NCBI GenBank assembly: GCA_902800055.1
Contig: CADCCW010000005.1
Location: 27,217-91,216, forward strand
Origin: an uncultured bacterium
GTDB taxonomy: Bacteria > Verrucomicrobiota > Kiritimatiellia > RFP12 > UBA1067
Direction of reading: 5' to 3'
Length of the DNA stretch: 64,000 nucleotides
In this document: piece by piece, positions 43,133 through 53,406 of the stretch
Layout of the letters: each line of letters begins with the position of its first letter
Numbering within the stretch: position 1 is the first letter of the stretch
The notes under the pieces: generated by a model
Database searches by the model: none
Told to the model about the DNA's origin: nothing
Seen by the model: only the letters and a program-made list of their open reading frames with translations
Translations under genes and position numbers: made by a program

Positions 43133-43989
43133 TTTCGCAGCGCTCTGCATCTCGGTTCCCCCTCCGCGCAGGCGGGGACCGCCTTCGGGCAGCGCGGATG
43201 GAACGCGCAGCCACTCGGCCAGTCCCACGGCGGCGGCACCGTGCCCGGGATGTCCGCGAGCGGCGCGTCGCGCGGCGCATCGAGCCGCGGCACCGCGGCA
43301 AGCAGCCCCTGGGTGTAGGGGTGCAGCGGGTTGGCGAGCACTTCCGCGACCGGGCCCGCCTCGACCACCTCGCCGGCGTACATCACGTAGACCACGTCCG
43401 AATAGGCGGCGACCAGCCCGAGGTTGTGGGTGATGAGCAATACCGCCATCTTCCTCTCGTCGGCAATCCGCCCGACGAGGTCGAGCACCTCCTTTTGGGT
43501 CGTCACGTCCAGCGCCGTCGTCGGCTCGTCCGCCACCATCAGCTCCGGATCCTGTGCGAGCGCCGAGGCGATCATCACCCGCTGCTGCTGACCGCCGGAA
43601 AGCTCGCAGGGGTACTTGCGCGCCGCGTCCGCCGGCAGCCCCACCGACTCCAGCAGCTCCACGACGCGGCGGCGGCGCTCCTCGCGCGACGGGCGTCCGC
43701 GCATGCCCTCCTCGATCTGCGCGCCGACCTTCATCACCGGGTCGAGCGACTGCATCGGGTTCTGGAACACATACGCGATCCGGGGCCGGCCGACGATCTC
43801 CCCGGTGATGCGAGCGCGGTCGACGAGTCCGCCGAGCGCCAGCGAGGTAAGCGACTTGCCGCATCCGGACTCGCCCACCAGCGCGACACGCCCGTTCTCC
43901 GGCACCTTGAACGAGACGCCCCTGACCGGCACCGAGACGCGGCCCTCAAACGCAAACTCGATGCGCAGGTTCTTTACCTCAACCAGCAC
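43123..43989 (-). CDS. Peptide/nickel ABC transporter ATP-binding protein (OppD/DppD-like)
   Basis: GESGCGKS, FQNPMQSLDP, YPCELSGGQQQRVMIA, ADEPTTALDVT, ITHNLG, HPYTQGLL, GCAFHPRCP. Confidence 0.92.
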   Translation of the reverse strand: MLVEVKNLRIEFAFEGRVSVPVRGVSFKVPENGRVALVGESGCGKSLTSLALGGLVDRARITGEIVGRPRIAYVFQNPMQSLDPVMKVGAQIEEGMRGRPSREERRRRVVELLESVGLPADAARKYPCELSGGQQQRVMIASALAQDPELMVADEPTTALDVTTQKEVLDLVGRIADERKMAVLLITHNLGLVAAYSDVVYVMYAGEVVEAGPVAEVLANPLHPYTQGLLAAVPRLDAPRDAPLADIPGTVPPPWDWPSGCAFHPRCPKAVPACAEGEPRCRALRNMV

Positions 43990-44623
43990 CGCCGCGCCCC
44001 TCCTCGGCACCGCCCGCCGCCGGCCAGGCGACGAGGCAGAACTTCCTTTCGCCGCTCGGCGGAGCCTCCACCTTGAGCGACTTCGCGTCGAGGTCCAGCT
44101 CCGCCATCTCCACGAGGTCGAGCACCGCCACCCTGCCGTCAAGCCCCAGCGCTGCGAAGGGAATGTCGAAGCCGACCGGCTTCTCGCCGCCGTTGCGGAG
44201 CACAAGGAACACGGCACCGCCGCCGCCCGCCGCCCTGCGGAAGCGCGCGACCGCGTTCGTGGACGGCCGCGACGCCTCCCGCCATTCGCCCACCCCGCAG
44301 AGCCGCGGAGCTTCGGCAAGCGCCTTTGCCGCGGCGGCGTCCTCCCCCGCGCCCTCCGCCGCCAGTGCGCGCGCGGCGTCGTCGGCCAGCCTGAGGACGG
44401 CAAAGGCGCGCGAGGCGACGGCTGCGCGGTCCGCCGCGCCCACACGGCTCGAGTTCACGAAGGCGATCGACGCCTCGGGCGAGACGCGAATCCGCATCTC
44501 GCAGGTCGGGCATTCGCGGAAGCGCACCCTGAACTTCCCCTCGCGCAGTTCCTCCGCCGCGCCTTCCACGACGAACGCGGCAAGCGCAACCGCCAGCGAG
44601 AGCCATGGAATTCCTGATTTCAT
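43979..44623 (-). CDS. Hypothetical exported protein with C-terminal alpha-galactosidase-C-like beta-sandwich
   Basis: Signal-like N-terminus; C-terminal AVFLVLRNGGEKPVGFDIPFAALGLDGRVAVLDL resembles Melibiase_C (judged by eye). Confidence 0.5.
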   Translation of the reverse strand: MKSGIPWLSLAVALAAFVVEGAAEELREGKFRVRFRECPTCEMRIRVSPEASIAFVNSSRVGAADRAAVASRAFAVLRLADDAARALAAEGAGEDAAAAKALAEAPRLCGVGEWREASRPSTNAVARFRRAAGGGGAVFLVLRNGGEKPVGFDIPFAALGLDGRVAVLDLVEMAELDLDAKSLKVEAPPSGERKFCLVAWPAAGGAEEGRGGAG

Positions 44624-44633
44624 TTCCGCTGCA

Positions 44634-45869
44634 TTACTTCGGGACGACGCGGCTGACGGAGCGGAGGCCGGGGTCGAGGATGTCGTTGGCGACGGCGAGG
44701 ACGTCGTCCGCCGTCACCGCCGCGACGCCGCGCACCTGCTCCTCGGGCTCGACCGCCCGGCCGAAGGCGAGGAGAGTCTGGCCGTAGAAATGGAGCTTCG
44801 CCGTAACCCGCTCGTGCGCAAGGCGGAAGTTCCCGAGCATGAAGTCCTTCACGCGCTTCAGCTCCGCCGCGCCGACGCGCCGCTCGCGGATGCGCCTGAG
44901 CTCTCGGTCGACCGTCTCCAGCGCCGCCTCCTCCTTCGCCGGCTCCACCCCCGCCGCGACCGTCCACATCCCGGCGTCGGAGAAGAACTGCATCCGCGAC
45001 GAAATGTCGTAGCTCAGGCCGCGCTTCTCCCGCACCTCCTGGAAGAGCCGCGAGGACATGCCGCGCCCGAGGATGGCGTCGAACACCGCCGCGGCGTACA
45101 TGCGGCGGTCGGTGAGCCCGAAGGTGCGGTAGCCGACGGCGATGCGCGTCTGCTGCACTTCCTTCGCCTTCATGACCGACGGGACGACGCGTCCGTATCT
45201 GGCCGCGCGGCCGCAGGGGGCCTTCGGCGCCCGACCTTCCGCGCGGCCGCCGAAGCGGCCGAGCCGCGAGGCCACGGACTTGAGCGCCGCGTCGCGGTCA
45301 AAGCGGCCGACGACCACGGCATATGTACGCGAAGGCAGATAGCGCTCGCGCACGTAGCGCCGCAAGTCAGCCGGGCGGAGCGGCAGGAGCGTCTTTTCGC
45401 TGCCGGCGACAGGGCGCCCCAGCGACGACTTCGGGAAAAGCGCTCGCTGCAGGTTCTCGAGCGCCACCGAGTCGGGGTCGTCCTCGTACATGCGGATTTC
45501 CTCGAGCACCACCCGCTTCTCGCGGTCGAACTCGTCCTTCGCCATCGCCGCGTGGAGGAACATGTCCGAGAGGATGTCCACCGCCTCGTCGAGATACTCC
45601 CAGGGCAGATGCGCAAAATACGCTGTCGCCTCCTCGCCGGTGCAGGCGTTGAACATACCGCCGCGGCCCTCGATGGCGCGGGAGATGTCGAGCGGCGTGC
45701 GCGTCGGCGTGCCCTTGAAGAGCATATGCTCGATGAAGTGGGAGATGCCGGCAAGCTCCGCCGGTTCATGGCGGGAACCGGCGGCGACAAAGAGCCCGAA
45801 GGCCGCCGACTCCGCCTCGCACGGGGCGAGCGCCACCCGAAGCCCGTTGCCGAGGGCGACCAGCTCCAT
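44634..45869 (-). CDS. M16 family zinc peptidase
   Basis: LGNGLRV, AGSRHE, GISHFIEHMLFKGT (HxxEH), NACTGEE, REKRVVLEE, SSRLFQEVREKRGLSY. Confidence 0.93.
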   Translation of the reverse strand: MELVALGNGLRVALAPCEAESAAFGLFVAAGSRHEPAELAGISHFIEHMLFKGTPTRTPLDISRAIEGRGGMFNACTGEEATAYFAHLPWEYLDEAVDILSDMFLHAAMAKDEFDREKRVVLEEIRMYEDDPDSVALENLQRALFPKSSLGRPVAGSEKTLLPLRPADLRRYVRERYLPSRTYAVVVGRFDRDAALKSVASRLGRFGGRAEGRAPKAPCGRAARYGRVVPSVMKAKEVQQTRIAVGYRTFGLTDRRMYAAAVFDAILGRGMSSRLFQEVREKRGLSYDISSRMQFFSDAGMWTVAAGVEPAKEEAALETVDRELRRIRERRVGAAELKRVKDFMLGNFRLAHERVTAKLHFYGQTLLAFGRAVEPEEQVRGVAAVTADDVLAVANDILDPGLRSVSRVVPK

Positions 45870-47812
45870 CAACCCCGCCCCTTCATGCTCGCAAGCAGCC
45901 CGCCGCCGAGGACGATGCGCTTCTCGCGCTCCGAGAGCGAAGTCCTGACCCTGAACGAGCCCTTCCTCCCTTTCACCTCCAGGACGCCGTCGCCGGCCAC
46001 CGCCGCGCGGATGCCCTTCAGCTCCAGCGCGTCGCCGGCGGCGACCCTGTCGTAGTCCTTCGGGTTCTCGAAGATGAACGGCACGATGCCGAAGTTGACG
46101 AGGTTGGCGCGGTGGATGCGCTCGATCGACTTCGCGATCACCGCCTTGACGCCCAGGTACATGGGGCAGAGCGCCGCGTGCTCGCGGCTCGAGCCCTGGC
46201 CGTAGCTCTCGCCCGCGACGATGACGTTGGCGAGTCCCTTCTCCTTGTTCGCAAGGCACTTGTCGTGGAAAGCAGGGTCGCACGGCTCGAAGACGAACTT
46301 CGCGTACTCGGGGATGTTCGAGCGGAACTTGAGCCGCGCGCCAGCTGGCATGATGTGGTCGGTCGTGATCTTGTCGCCGACCTTGATCGCGGCAATGCCC
46401 TTCAGGTCATTTGCGAGCGGCACGCCCTTCGGGACGGGCGCGATGTTCGGCCCGCGCACGATCTCCGCGCCCTTCACGCCCTTGCCGGCGGTCGCGCGGT
46501 AGAGGAACATGGAGTCGTCGATCGGGAACTTCCTTGGAGACGGAACCGCCGCGACCGGCTTCTTCGTCGGGAGCTCGACCTTGCCGGTGAGCGCTGACGC
46601 GGCGGCCGTCTCTGGCGAGACGAGGTAGACCTGCGCGGACTTCGTTCCCGAGCGGCCCTCGAAGTTGCGGTTGTTGGTGCGGAGCGACACCGCGCCGGTC
46701 CTCGGGCTCATGTGCGCGCCGATGCAGAACCCGCACGCGTTCTCGAGCATGCGGCAGCCGGCGGAATGGAGGATCGCCAAGGAGCCGTCCTTCGCGAGCA
46801 TGTTGATGACCTGCCGCGAGCCGCATGCGATGCCGACCTCGACGTCGTCCGCGACGTGTTTGCCCTTGAGGTAAAGCGCGACTGTCCTGATGTCGCGGTA
46901 GGACGAGTTGGTGCACGAGCCGATCATGATCTGGTTGACCTTCGTGCCCTGCCTCGACTTCACGGTCACGACGTTGCCGGGGCTGTGGGGAGCGGCCATC
47001 ATCGGCTCGACCTTGGCGAGGTCGACGACAAACTCGTCGTCGTACTTCGCGCCCTTGTCGGCGACGATCTTGACGAAGTCCTTCGCGCGCCCCTGCGCGG
47101 CAAGGAACTGCCGGGTGACCGCGTCGGACGGGAAGACGCTCGTCGTCACGCCCAGCTCCGCGCCCATGTTGGTGATTGTCGCGCGCGAGGGGACGTCGAG
47201 CGTCGCGACGCCGGGGCCGGTGTACTCGAAGATCCAGCCGACGTTGCCCTTGGTGCCGAACTTCTCGAGCACCTTGAGGATCACGTCCTTGGCCGAGACG
47301 CCCTTCCTGAGCCTGCCCTTGAGGACGATTGCGCGCACCTTGGGGGTCGGGATGTGGAACGCGCCGCCGGCCATCGCGACCGCGATGTCGATGCCGCCCG
47401 CGCCGATCGCGATCTGGCCGATGCCGCCGCCGGTCGGGGTGTGCGAGTCGCTGCCGAGCAGCGTGGTGCCGGGCTTGCCGAAGCGCTCGAGGTGGAGCTG
47501 GTGGCAGATGCCGTTGCCGCACTTGGAGTAGACGATGCCGTACTTCTTCGCGACGGACTGGAGGAAGTCGTGGTCGTCGGCGTTCTCGAAGCCGATCTGC
47601 ACGGTGTTGTGGTCGACGTAGCTCACCGAGAGGTCGGTCTTGACGCGCGGCACGTCCATCGACTCGAACTGGAGATACGCCATCGTGCCAGTCGCATCCT
47701 GGGTGAGCGTCTGGTCGATGCGGATGCCGATTTCCGCGTCCCGGGAGGGGTCGCCCTCAACGAGATGGGCCGAGAGGATCTTCCCGACCACGTTCAGCGG
47801 ATTTCCCTTCAT
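45869..47812 (-). CDS. acn: Aconitate hydratase (short, about 650 aa type)
   Basis: DQTLTQDATG, GNGICHQ, GSDSHT, IGSCTNSS, CGFCIG, TNNRNFEGR, DKITTDHI, YGQGSSREHA. Confidence 0.9.
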   Translation of the reverse strand: MKGNPLNVVGKILSAHLVEGDPSRDAEIGIRIDQTLTQDATGTMAYLQFESMDVPRVKTDLSVSYVDHNTVQIGFENADDHDFLQSVAKKYGIVYSKCGNGICHQLHLERFGKPGTTLLGSDSHTPTGGGIGQIAIGAGGIDIAVAMAGGAFHIPTPKVRAIVLKGRLRKGVSAKDVILKVLEKFGTKGNVGWIFEYTGPGVATLDVPSRATITNMGAELGVTTSVFPSDAVTRQFLAAQGRAKDFVKIVADKGAKYDDEFVVDLAKVEPMMAAPHSPGNVVTVKSRQGTKVNQIMIGSCTNSSYRDIRTVALYLKGKHVADDVEVGIACGSRQVINMLAKDGSLAILHSAGCRMLENACGFCIGAHMSPRTGAVSLRTNNRNFEGRSGTKSAQVYLVSPETAAASALTGKVELPTKKPVAAVPSPRKFPIDDSMFLYRATAGKGVKGAEIVRGPNIAPVPKGVPLANDLKGIAAIKVGDKITTDHIMPAGARLKFRSNIPEYAKFVFEPCDPAFHDKCLANKEKGLANVIVAGESYGQGSSREHAALCPMYLGVKAVIAKSIERIHRANLVNFGIVPFIFENPKDYDRVAAGDALELKGIRAAVAGDGVLEVKGRKGSFRVRTSLSEREKRIVLGGGLLASMKGRG

Positions 47813-47833
47813 TTGCTGCTTTCCTCCTGACGA

Positions 47834-48583
47834 TTACGAAATGGACTTGATGACCGGCGCAGGCGGCTTGTTGTAGACGCGCGAATTCGGCGGCACCGAC
47901 TCGATCAGCCACACGCTGCCGCCGATTTCGGAGTCGTGGCCGATGACGGTGTCGCCGCCGAGGATGGTGGCCCCGGCGTAGATGACGACGTTGTCCTCCA
48001 CGTTCGGATGGCGCTTGACCCCCTTCACCAGCGCGCCGGTCACGGGGTCCTTGTCGAACGACTTCGCGCCGAGCGTCACGCCCTGGTAGAGCTTGACGTT
48101 CCGGCCGATCACCGTGGTCTCGCCGATGACGACGCCGGTGCCGTGGTCGATGAAAAACCTCTCGCCGATGGTCGCGCCAGGATGGATGTCGATGCCGGTG
48201 CGGGAGTGTGCGAGCTCGCTCATGATGCGAGGGATGATCGGCACCCCGAGCCTGTATAGCTCATGCGCGAGTCGGTGCACCGTCACCGCGTAGAGCCCGG
48301 GATAGGCCATCACCACCTCCATCGGGCTCGTCGCCGCCGGGTCGCCCTCGTAGGCCGCCTGCACGTCCGTCGCCACAAGGCGCTTCACCTCGGGTAGCGC
48401 GGCCATGAACCGCGCCGCGACGCCGTCCGCGTCGAGCCTGGGCGCCAAAAGCGCGATTTCCTTCGCCAGGGCGGACGCGATCCACTCCTGAGAGCCCTTG
48501 GCCGACAGCTCTCCGTAGGCACACGGATGCAGCAACGCGAGCAGCTTTCGGACTATGGCGGCGATTCTCTGTGTCAGTGTCAT
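47834..48583 (-). CDS. cysE: Serine O-acetyltransferase
   Basis: [13 protein letters not shown]...[43 protein letters not shown]. Confidence 0.92.
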   Translation of the reverse strand: MTLTQRIAAIVRKLLALLHPCAYGELSAKGSQEWIASALAKEIALLAPRLDADGVAARFMAALPEVKRLVATDVQAAYEGDPAATSPMEVVMAYPGLYAVTVHRLAHELYRLGVPIIPRIMSELAHSRTGIDIHPGATIGERFFIDHGTGVVIGETTVIGRNVKLYQGVTLGAKSFDKDPVTGALVKGVKRHPNVEDNVVIYAGATILGGDTVIGHDSEIGGSVWLIESVPPNSRVYNKPPAPVIKSIS

Positions 48584-48589
48584 GTGCGT

Positions 48590-48600
48590 ATTATACCATA
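48590..48600 (-). promoter_or_regulatory. Extended -10 promoter TATGGTATAAT, 6 nt before the cysE ATG (leaderless geometry)
   Basis: TATAAT-acgcac-ATG. Confidence 0.8.
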
Positions 48601-48667
48601 TGCGGCAACCAGCTGGTGCCCTCCATGCTCCCGCGCCCTTCTGCCCACCCGCAGCAGCCAGGGCGCG

Positions 48668-49432
48668 CTACGGCGTCGGCACCCTGCGTTCAAGGTACCA
48701 TTGCGTAAGCGCCTGAAGTTCCTCATAGCCGAAAGTGCTCTCCTTCGTCCACTTCGCCAGGAAGGCGCCTAGCCACCACGCCTCGCCGGAGCCTTCGCCC
48801 CACGAGGCGTCTTCGATCCACTTCTCGAACTTCCGCTTGAGGCGTCGCTGGTCCTTGAGGTGCGGGGAACGCCAGCAGGAACGGAAGAACTCGACCGAGC
48901 TTTCCTTCGGCGCCAGGATCCTGGCGTCGAACATGTCGGATCCCTCGTGCGCCAGCAGCGAAACCTTGTTGCCGAGCCCGCCGCCGTAGCCCGTGAGGCC
49001 GTTGTCCGCGCCGACAACGCGATGGCACGGGATTATTATGCAGATCGGGTTCCATCCCACCGCGCCGCCGACCGCGCGCGCCGAGACCTTGGCTCCGCCG
49101 TGCCGCTTCGAGATCGCCTTGGCGATGTCGCCATACGACACCGTGGCGCCGAAGGGAATCCGCCTGAGTTCGTCGATCACTTCCGAGCGGAACTCGGTCA
49201 GGTCGTCGATGCGGTAGTGGGGCGTAAAGCCGGGGTCGCGCCCGGCGAAATACTCGTCCAGCCAGCGGCAGGTCTCGCGGAACACCGGCGTCTCGTGCGA
49301 TTCGCCGGCTTCCCCACGCCGCGCAGCGTCGCGCGGGCCCGCGAACCTAAGCCCGGTCAGGGCCTCGTCGTCCCCGCTCATCACAAGGTCGTCGAACCCT
49401 TCCGGCGTAATGTATTTCCAGACGTACTTCAT
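48668..49432 (-). CDS. ogt: Methylated-DNA--protein-cysteine methyltransferase with about 90 aa C-terminal extension
   Basis: IPFGATVSYGDIA, ARAVGGAVGWNP, IIIPCHRVVG (active Cys), LTGYGGG...K..LL.HEG; continues in frame with an unrecognised Trp-rich domain. Confidence 0.88.
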   Translation of the reverse strand: MKYVWKYITPEGFDDLVMSGDDEALTGLRFAGPRDAARRGEAGESHETPVFRETCRWLDEYFAGRDPGFTPHYRIDDLTEFRSEVIDELRRIPFGATVSYGDIAKAISKRHGGAKVSARAVGGAVGWNPICIIIPCHRVVGADNGLTGYGGGLGNKVSLLAHEGSDMFDARILAPKESSVEFFRSCWRSPHLKDQRRLKRKFEKWIEDASWGEGSGEAWWLGAFLAKWTKESTFGYEELQALTQWYLERRVPTP

Positions 49433-50334
49433 TTTGCCTTGGTCTTCTCCAAAACCTTGTCCGCCAGGTCGCTGCGGCCAATGCACCGAAGGCAGGCGGC
49501 GAAATTGGCGATGGCCTCCTCGTCTCTCGGCCGCACCGCGATGACGGTCTCGTAGCACTTCATCGCCTGCTGGAACTTGCCCAGGCGGAAAAACGTCTCG
49601 CCGTTGCGCGAAAGCCGATCCAGCCGATCCAGAAGCATCGGATCGCGGGGATTGCGCTTCGCCGCGCGCACCCAGCAGTCGACCGCGTCGTCCAGCGCCT
49701 TCTCGTCGTCTGCCTTCGCCGCGGCGATGTTGCCCTCCAGCACCAGCCGCCGAACGACCTGCATGGAGCGGATCTCCGCGCGCGTCTCCGCGGCAATGTC
49801 CTCGTCGATGCCATCGTAGTCGAGCCATTCGACGCGCGGCACCTCGCGCGTCACGAACCACTGCGGCACCACCTTGCCCTCCAGCTTCTCCTCGAACGCC
49901 GGCATCACCTCCTCGCGCGAGCCGGCGTAGCTCGCGAACGCGCCGACCAGCGAGCCGAGCCCGGCGTCGGCGGCGAAGCGCTCCAGCGACTTCGCGAGCG
50001 GCAGCTTTTCGTCCCGCCGGCCGACGAGCAGCCAGTGGCGCTCGCCCGGCATCCAGAGCCGCACGCACTTGCCAGGAAACGACTCGAGCCGCCGCCGGAA
50101 CTCCGCGGCGGCCATCTCGCCCACGTCGACGAGCTCGGCTATCTCGCCCTCGACGCGGCCGGACGGAAACTCCAGCGCCTCGATGTCCGCCGCGGCAGCC
50201 TTCACCGCAGCGCCCGGCGGCTGCGGCGGCGCGACAACCGTCCTGACACGGAACTGTCGCCAGACGAACACACCCGCCGCGGCCACAAGGACAAGCGCGA
50301 GCAGGGAAAGCGAAATTCGAGCGCGGCGCGTCAT
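49429..50334 (-). CDS. Membrane-anchored protein with C-terminal TPR repeats
   Basis: TM ISLSLLALVLVAAAGVFVW; C-terminal ETFFRLGKFQQAMKCYETVIAVRPRDEEAIANFAACL. Confidence 0.65.
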   Translation of the reverse strand: MTRRARISLSLLALVLVAAAGVFVWRQFRVRTVVAPPQPPGAAVKAAAADIEALEFPSGRVEGEIAELVDVGEMAAAEFRRRLESFPGKCVRLWMPGERHWLLVGRRDEKLPLAKSLERFAADAGLGSLVGAFASYAGSREEVMPAFEEKLEGKVVPQWFVTREVPRVEWLDYDGIDEDIAAETRAEIRSMQVVRRLVLEGNIAAAKADDEKALDDAVDCWVRAAKRNPRDPMLLDRLDRLSRNGETFFRLGKFQQAMKCYETVIAVRPRDEEAIANFAACLRCIGRSDLADKVLEKTKAK

Positions 50335-51704
50335 TTCAGGCGCTCCCTGATTGCGGCGACGCACCGCTCCACCACGCCGCAGCGCGACTTCACCGCCGCC
50401 GCGGCGCGCTCGCCGAGCCGGACCGCGTCCTCGCCGCCCTCCATCAGCCTCGCGACCTCGGCCTCGAGCCGGACGGGCGAGTCGACCTGGACGATCGCGT
50501 CGGCGGCGAGGAGGTCGCTCATCACCGGACGGAAGTTCTCGGTGTAGGGCCCGACCACCGTGGGCTTGCCGCAGAGGCACGGCTCGATCATGTTCTGCGA
50601 TCCGTGCGCGCAGAGCGACTTGCCGACGAACACCACGTCCGCGAGCGCATACAGCCCCATCAGCTCGCCGGTCGTGTCCGCGAGCAGCACCGGCGGCGCG
50701 CCGTCCGCAGCAGTCGCGGGCGCGGCGTCGCCACGCGAGCGGCGCACGCACTTGAAGCCGGCGCTGCGGATGTTCGCCTCCACCGCGTCCGCCTTCTCGA
50801 AGTGCCGCGGTGCGATCACCAGCACCGGCGCCGGACCTTCCGCGCCCTTCGCGCGCCGCGCCTCCAGGAGCCGCCGGTAGATGCCCAAAAGCGCCTCGTC
50901 CTCGCCCGGCCAGGTGGAGCCGCCGAGCAGGATGCGCCCGCGCTTCCCGACCGGACCGACCGCCGCGGCGATCCACTCCCCGAGCTCCGCCTCCTTGGCG
51001 GGATTGCGGCGGGCGACGTCGAACTTGAACGAGCCGGAAACCTCCACGCGGTCCGCCGGCGCGCCGGCAGCGACGAGGCGGGCGCGGTCGAGCGCGCTCT
51101 GCGCGAAGATCGCGGCAAAGCAGTGGAAGACGTCCTTGAACAGCCACCGCGCGGCGCGGTAGCGTGGCGCGCTGCGGTCGGAGACGCGGGCGTTGACGAG
51201 GAAGACGGGCACGCCGTGCTTGGCGGCGCGGCGGATGAAGTTGGGCCAGATCTCCGACTCCACCAACACCACCGCGCGCGGACGCACCGTCTGAAGCGCG
51301 GCGCGGACGAAGGTCGGGAAGTCGAGCGGGTTGTAGATAAGGACGTCCCCTTCGCCGACTTCGCGCTCGGCCATCTTCCAGCCGGTCGACGAGGTGGTGG
51401 AGAAGCAGAAGCGCACCCCGGGCTCCACCCGCCGCCACTCGCGCATCAGCTGGCCGGCGACCTGGACTTCGCCGACGGAGACGGCATGGATCCAGACAAA
51501 GGCGGAAGCACGGGCGAGCGGGTCGTGGGAGTCGGATAGCGCGTTGCGCCGGCCAAGCGCCTTCATCACCGACTCCGGATAGAGCGCAAAGCGGTCGCCG
51601 AAGCGCGCAGCGTAGCCGCCGCGGCGGAGCATCCGCACCAGAAACCCCGGCAGCAGAAAAGGATAGACGAGCAGGAAGAGGATGTTGTAGACCGCCCACT
51701 TCAT
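50331..51704 (-). CDS. waaA: 3-deoxy-D-manno-octulosonic acid transferase
   Basis: WIHAVSVGEV, LVESEIWPN, LVNARVSDRS, GSFKFD, GGSTWPGE, IAPRH, DTTGELM..Y, GKSL..HGSQNMIEP. Confidence 0.95.
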   Translation of the reverse strand: MKWAVYNILFLLVYPFLLPGFLVRMLRRGGYAARFGDRFALYPESVMKALGRRNALSDSHDPLARASAFVWIHAVSVGEVQVAGQLMREWRRVEPGVRFCFSTTSSTGWKMAEREVGEGDVLIYNPLDFPTFVRAALQTVRPRAVVLVESEIWPNFIRRAAKHGVPVFLVNARVSDRSAPRYRAARWLFKDVFHCFAAIFAQSALDRARLVAAGAPADRVEVSGSFKFDVARRNPAKEAELGEWIAAAVGPVGKRGRILLGGSTWPGEDEALLGIYRRLLEARRAKGAEGPAPVLVIAPRHFEKADAVEANIRSAGFKCVRRSRGDAAPATAADGAPPVLLADTTGELMGLYALADVVFVGKSLCAHGSQNMIEPCLCGKPTVVGPYTENFRPVMSDLLAADAIVQVDSPVRLEAEVARLMEGGEDAVRLGERAAAAVKSRCGVVERCVAAIRERLK

Positions 51705-51717
51705 CGCCGCCGCCCTC

Positions 51718-53406
51718 CTATTTCCTGAGCAGGGACAACGAGAGCATCTTCACGGTCTCGCGCGGGATGGTGAAGATCGCGTCGGCCGAGCCGACGGTGG
51801 CGTAGCGTCCGCCGTCCGGCGCCTTGCCGCCGACGAGGACGTTGCGGCGGACCATTCCCTCGCCGCCGCGGTCGACGGCAAGCGTGAGCGCGGGACGGTC
51901 GAGTCCATAGCGGCCGAGGTCGGCGGCGGACGCCTTGAGCGCCACGACGCCGGAGGCGCGGAGCGGGTTGAGCGCGGCGAGCACCTTGGCGATGGCCGAC
52001 TCGTCGGCAACCGCGTTGCCTTCGGCGGACTCGGGGCTCCACGCCGTGCGTTCGCGGGAGTAGACGACGGACACCGGCTTCTGTCCGGCCGATATCGCGA
52101 CGAGGCGCGTCACGAGCGCTGGGTCGACTGCAATCACCTCGCGCGAACGGAGGTCCTCGAGCCGCATGGTCCCGAGCAGCCGCCGGCGGGACACCACCAC
52201 CGCCTCGGAGTTGGTGCCGACTGAGACCGAGACCGCGTCACCTCCGTCGCCGGCGTCGGCGGCGGAGAGCGCGAGGATCCGGAGGAGCAGCGCCTCGGCG
52301 GCCTTGGCGTCGGCGGGCGCGGCGACCGGCGACTCGAGCCGCCAGGCGCCGTCCTGCTCGCGCGCCAGTGCGCAGGTGACGTCGCCGTCGGCGACGGCGA
52401 AGGCGGTGACCGCCGATGCCTCGAGCGGGAAGGGACGGGAGTCGGAAAGCTTGGCCGGCACCTGGAGGACGGCGTCGCGGAGCGCGGCGTCGACGGTGAC
52501 CACGGCACCGCCGTTCTGGACGAGGGCGTAGACGCTGTCGTCGTCCGCCGCCGCGCCGACGGAGACGCGGCGGTCCTCGCCGTCGCCGCAGCGCAGCGAG
52601 ACGGTGATCGCGGAGTCGGGGTCGAGCCCGTAGCCCGAAAGCAGCGAGGCGGAGACGCTCGTCGCCTCGTTGGAGGAGCCGACGGGCCAGACGAAGGACT
52701 TTGCCTCTGCCGCGGAGAGGAGCGCGAGGAACGCGTCGACCTTGTCCGCGGCGGACTGCCCTTCCTGGGTCTTCCAGCCGCTGCCGCCGCGCTCGAACGA
52801 AAGCGGCTGCTCGCCCGGACGCTTCACGTCGAAGGAGGCGACCGACTCGGCGCCGAGCGGAAAGACGGCGCGGGCGCGGAACGCCGCGGCGGAGAGGTCG
52901 GCCGCGGCGAACACCGCGGCAGGCACGACGCAGACGGAGCCGGAGCCCTCGACGACGGCGTAGACGCCGTTGGAGGACGGGGTGTCGATGCCGAAGGAGA
53001 CTGACACGGGATCGGAGCCGTCGCCGGCGCCGCCGAGCATCACCACGAGGCGCGGCGTCTCGAGTCCGAAATCGGAGCGCTCGCGGCCGAGCTTCAGGAG
53101 CTCCGCCTCGGAGATCACGTCCTCCGGCTCGGCGAAGGACACGGCGTCCACAAGCCGGAGCACGGTCTGGGCGTCGGCGCGCGCAGCATATGGGGAGACG
53201 ATGCGCCATTCGGCGTCGCGCTCGAGCACGGTGGCGGGCTCGCCGACGCGCGAGACGACGAGCCGGGCGGGGTCGGCCGGGAAGGCGGCGAGGCGTCCGT
53301 CGGCCTGGACGCGCGCCTCGGGAGCGTAGACGCCGACGACGAAGTATGCCACCACCGCGGCTATCGACCCGATAAGGAGCCAGACTATGGCGCGCGCGTT
53401 GCTCAT
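51718..53406 (-). CDS. DUF4340-domain membrane-anchored protein (multi-repeat)
   Basis: N-terminal TM; three repeats of W-R/K-I/L-x-x-P...AD...V..LL..L and FGLE/YGLD-P motifs; follows the GldG-type gene. Confidence 0.75.
   Translation of the reverse strand: MSNARAIVWLLIGSIAAVVAYFVVGVYAPEARVQADGRLAAFPADPARLVVSRVGEPATVLERDAEWRIVSPYAARADAQTVLRLVDAVSFAEPEDVISEAELLKLGRERSDFGLETPRLVVMLGGAGDGSDPVSVSFGIDTPSSNGVYAVVEGSGSVCVVPAAVFAAADLSAAAFRARAVFPLGAESVASFDVKRPGEQPLSFERGGSGWKTQEGQSAADKVDAFLALLSAAEAKSFVWPVGSSNEATSVSASLLSGYGLDPDSAITVSLRCGDGEDRRVSVGAAADDDSVYALVQNGGAVVTVDAALRDAVLQVPAKLSDSRPFPLEASAVTAFAVADGDVTCALAREQDGAWRLESPVAAPADAKAAEALLLRILALSAADAGDGGDAVSVSVGTNSEAVVVSRRRLLGTMRLEDLRSREVIAVDPALVTRLVAISAGQKPVSVVYSRERTAWSPESAEGNAVADESAIAKVLAALNPLRASGVVALKASAADLGRYGLDRPALTLAVDRGGEGMVRRNVLVGGKAPDGGRYATVGSADAIFTIPRETVKMLSLSLLRK

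Noticed and set aside
25973-48600. Riboswitch or T-box leaders before cysK, cysE, glyQS, apt, purA
   Set aside because: The promoters lie 6-41 nt from the start codons, leaving no room for such elements.
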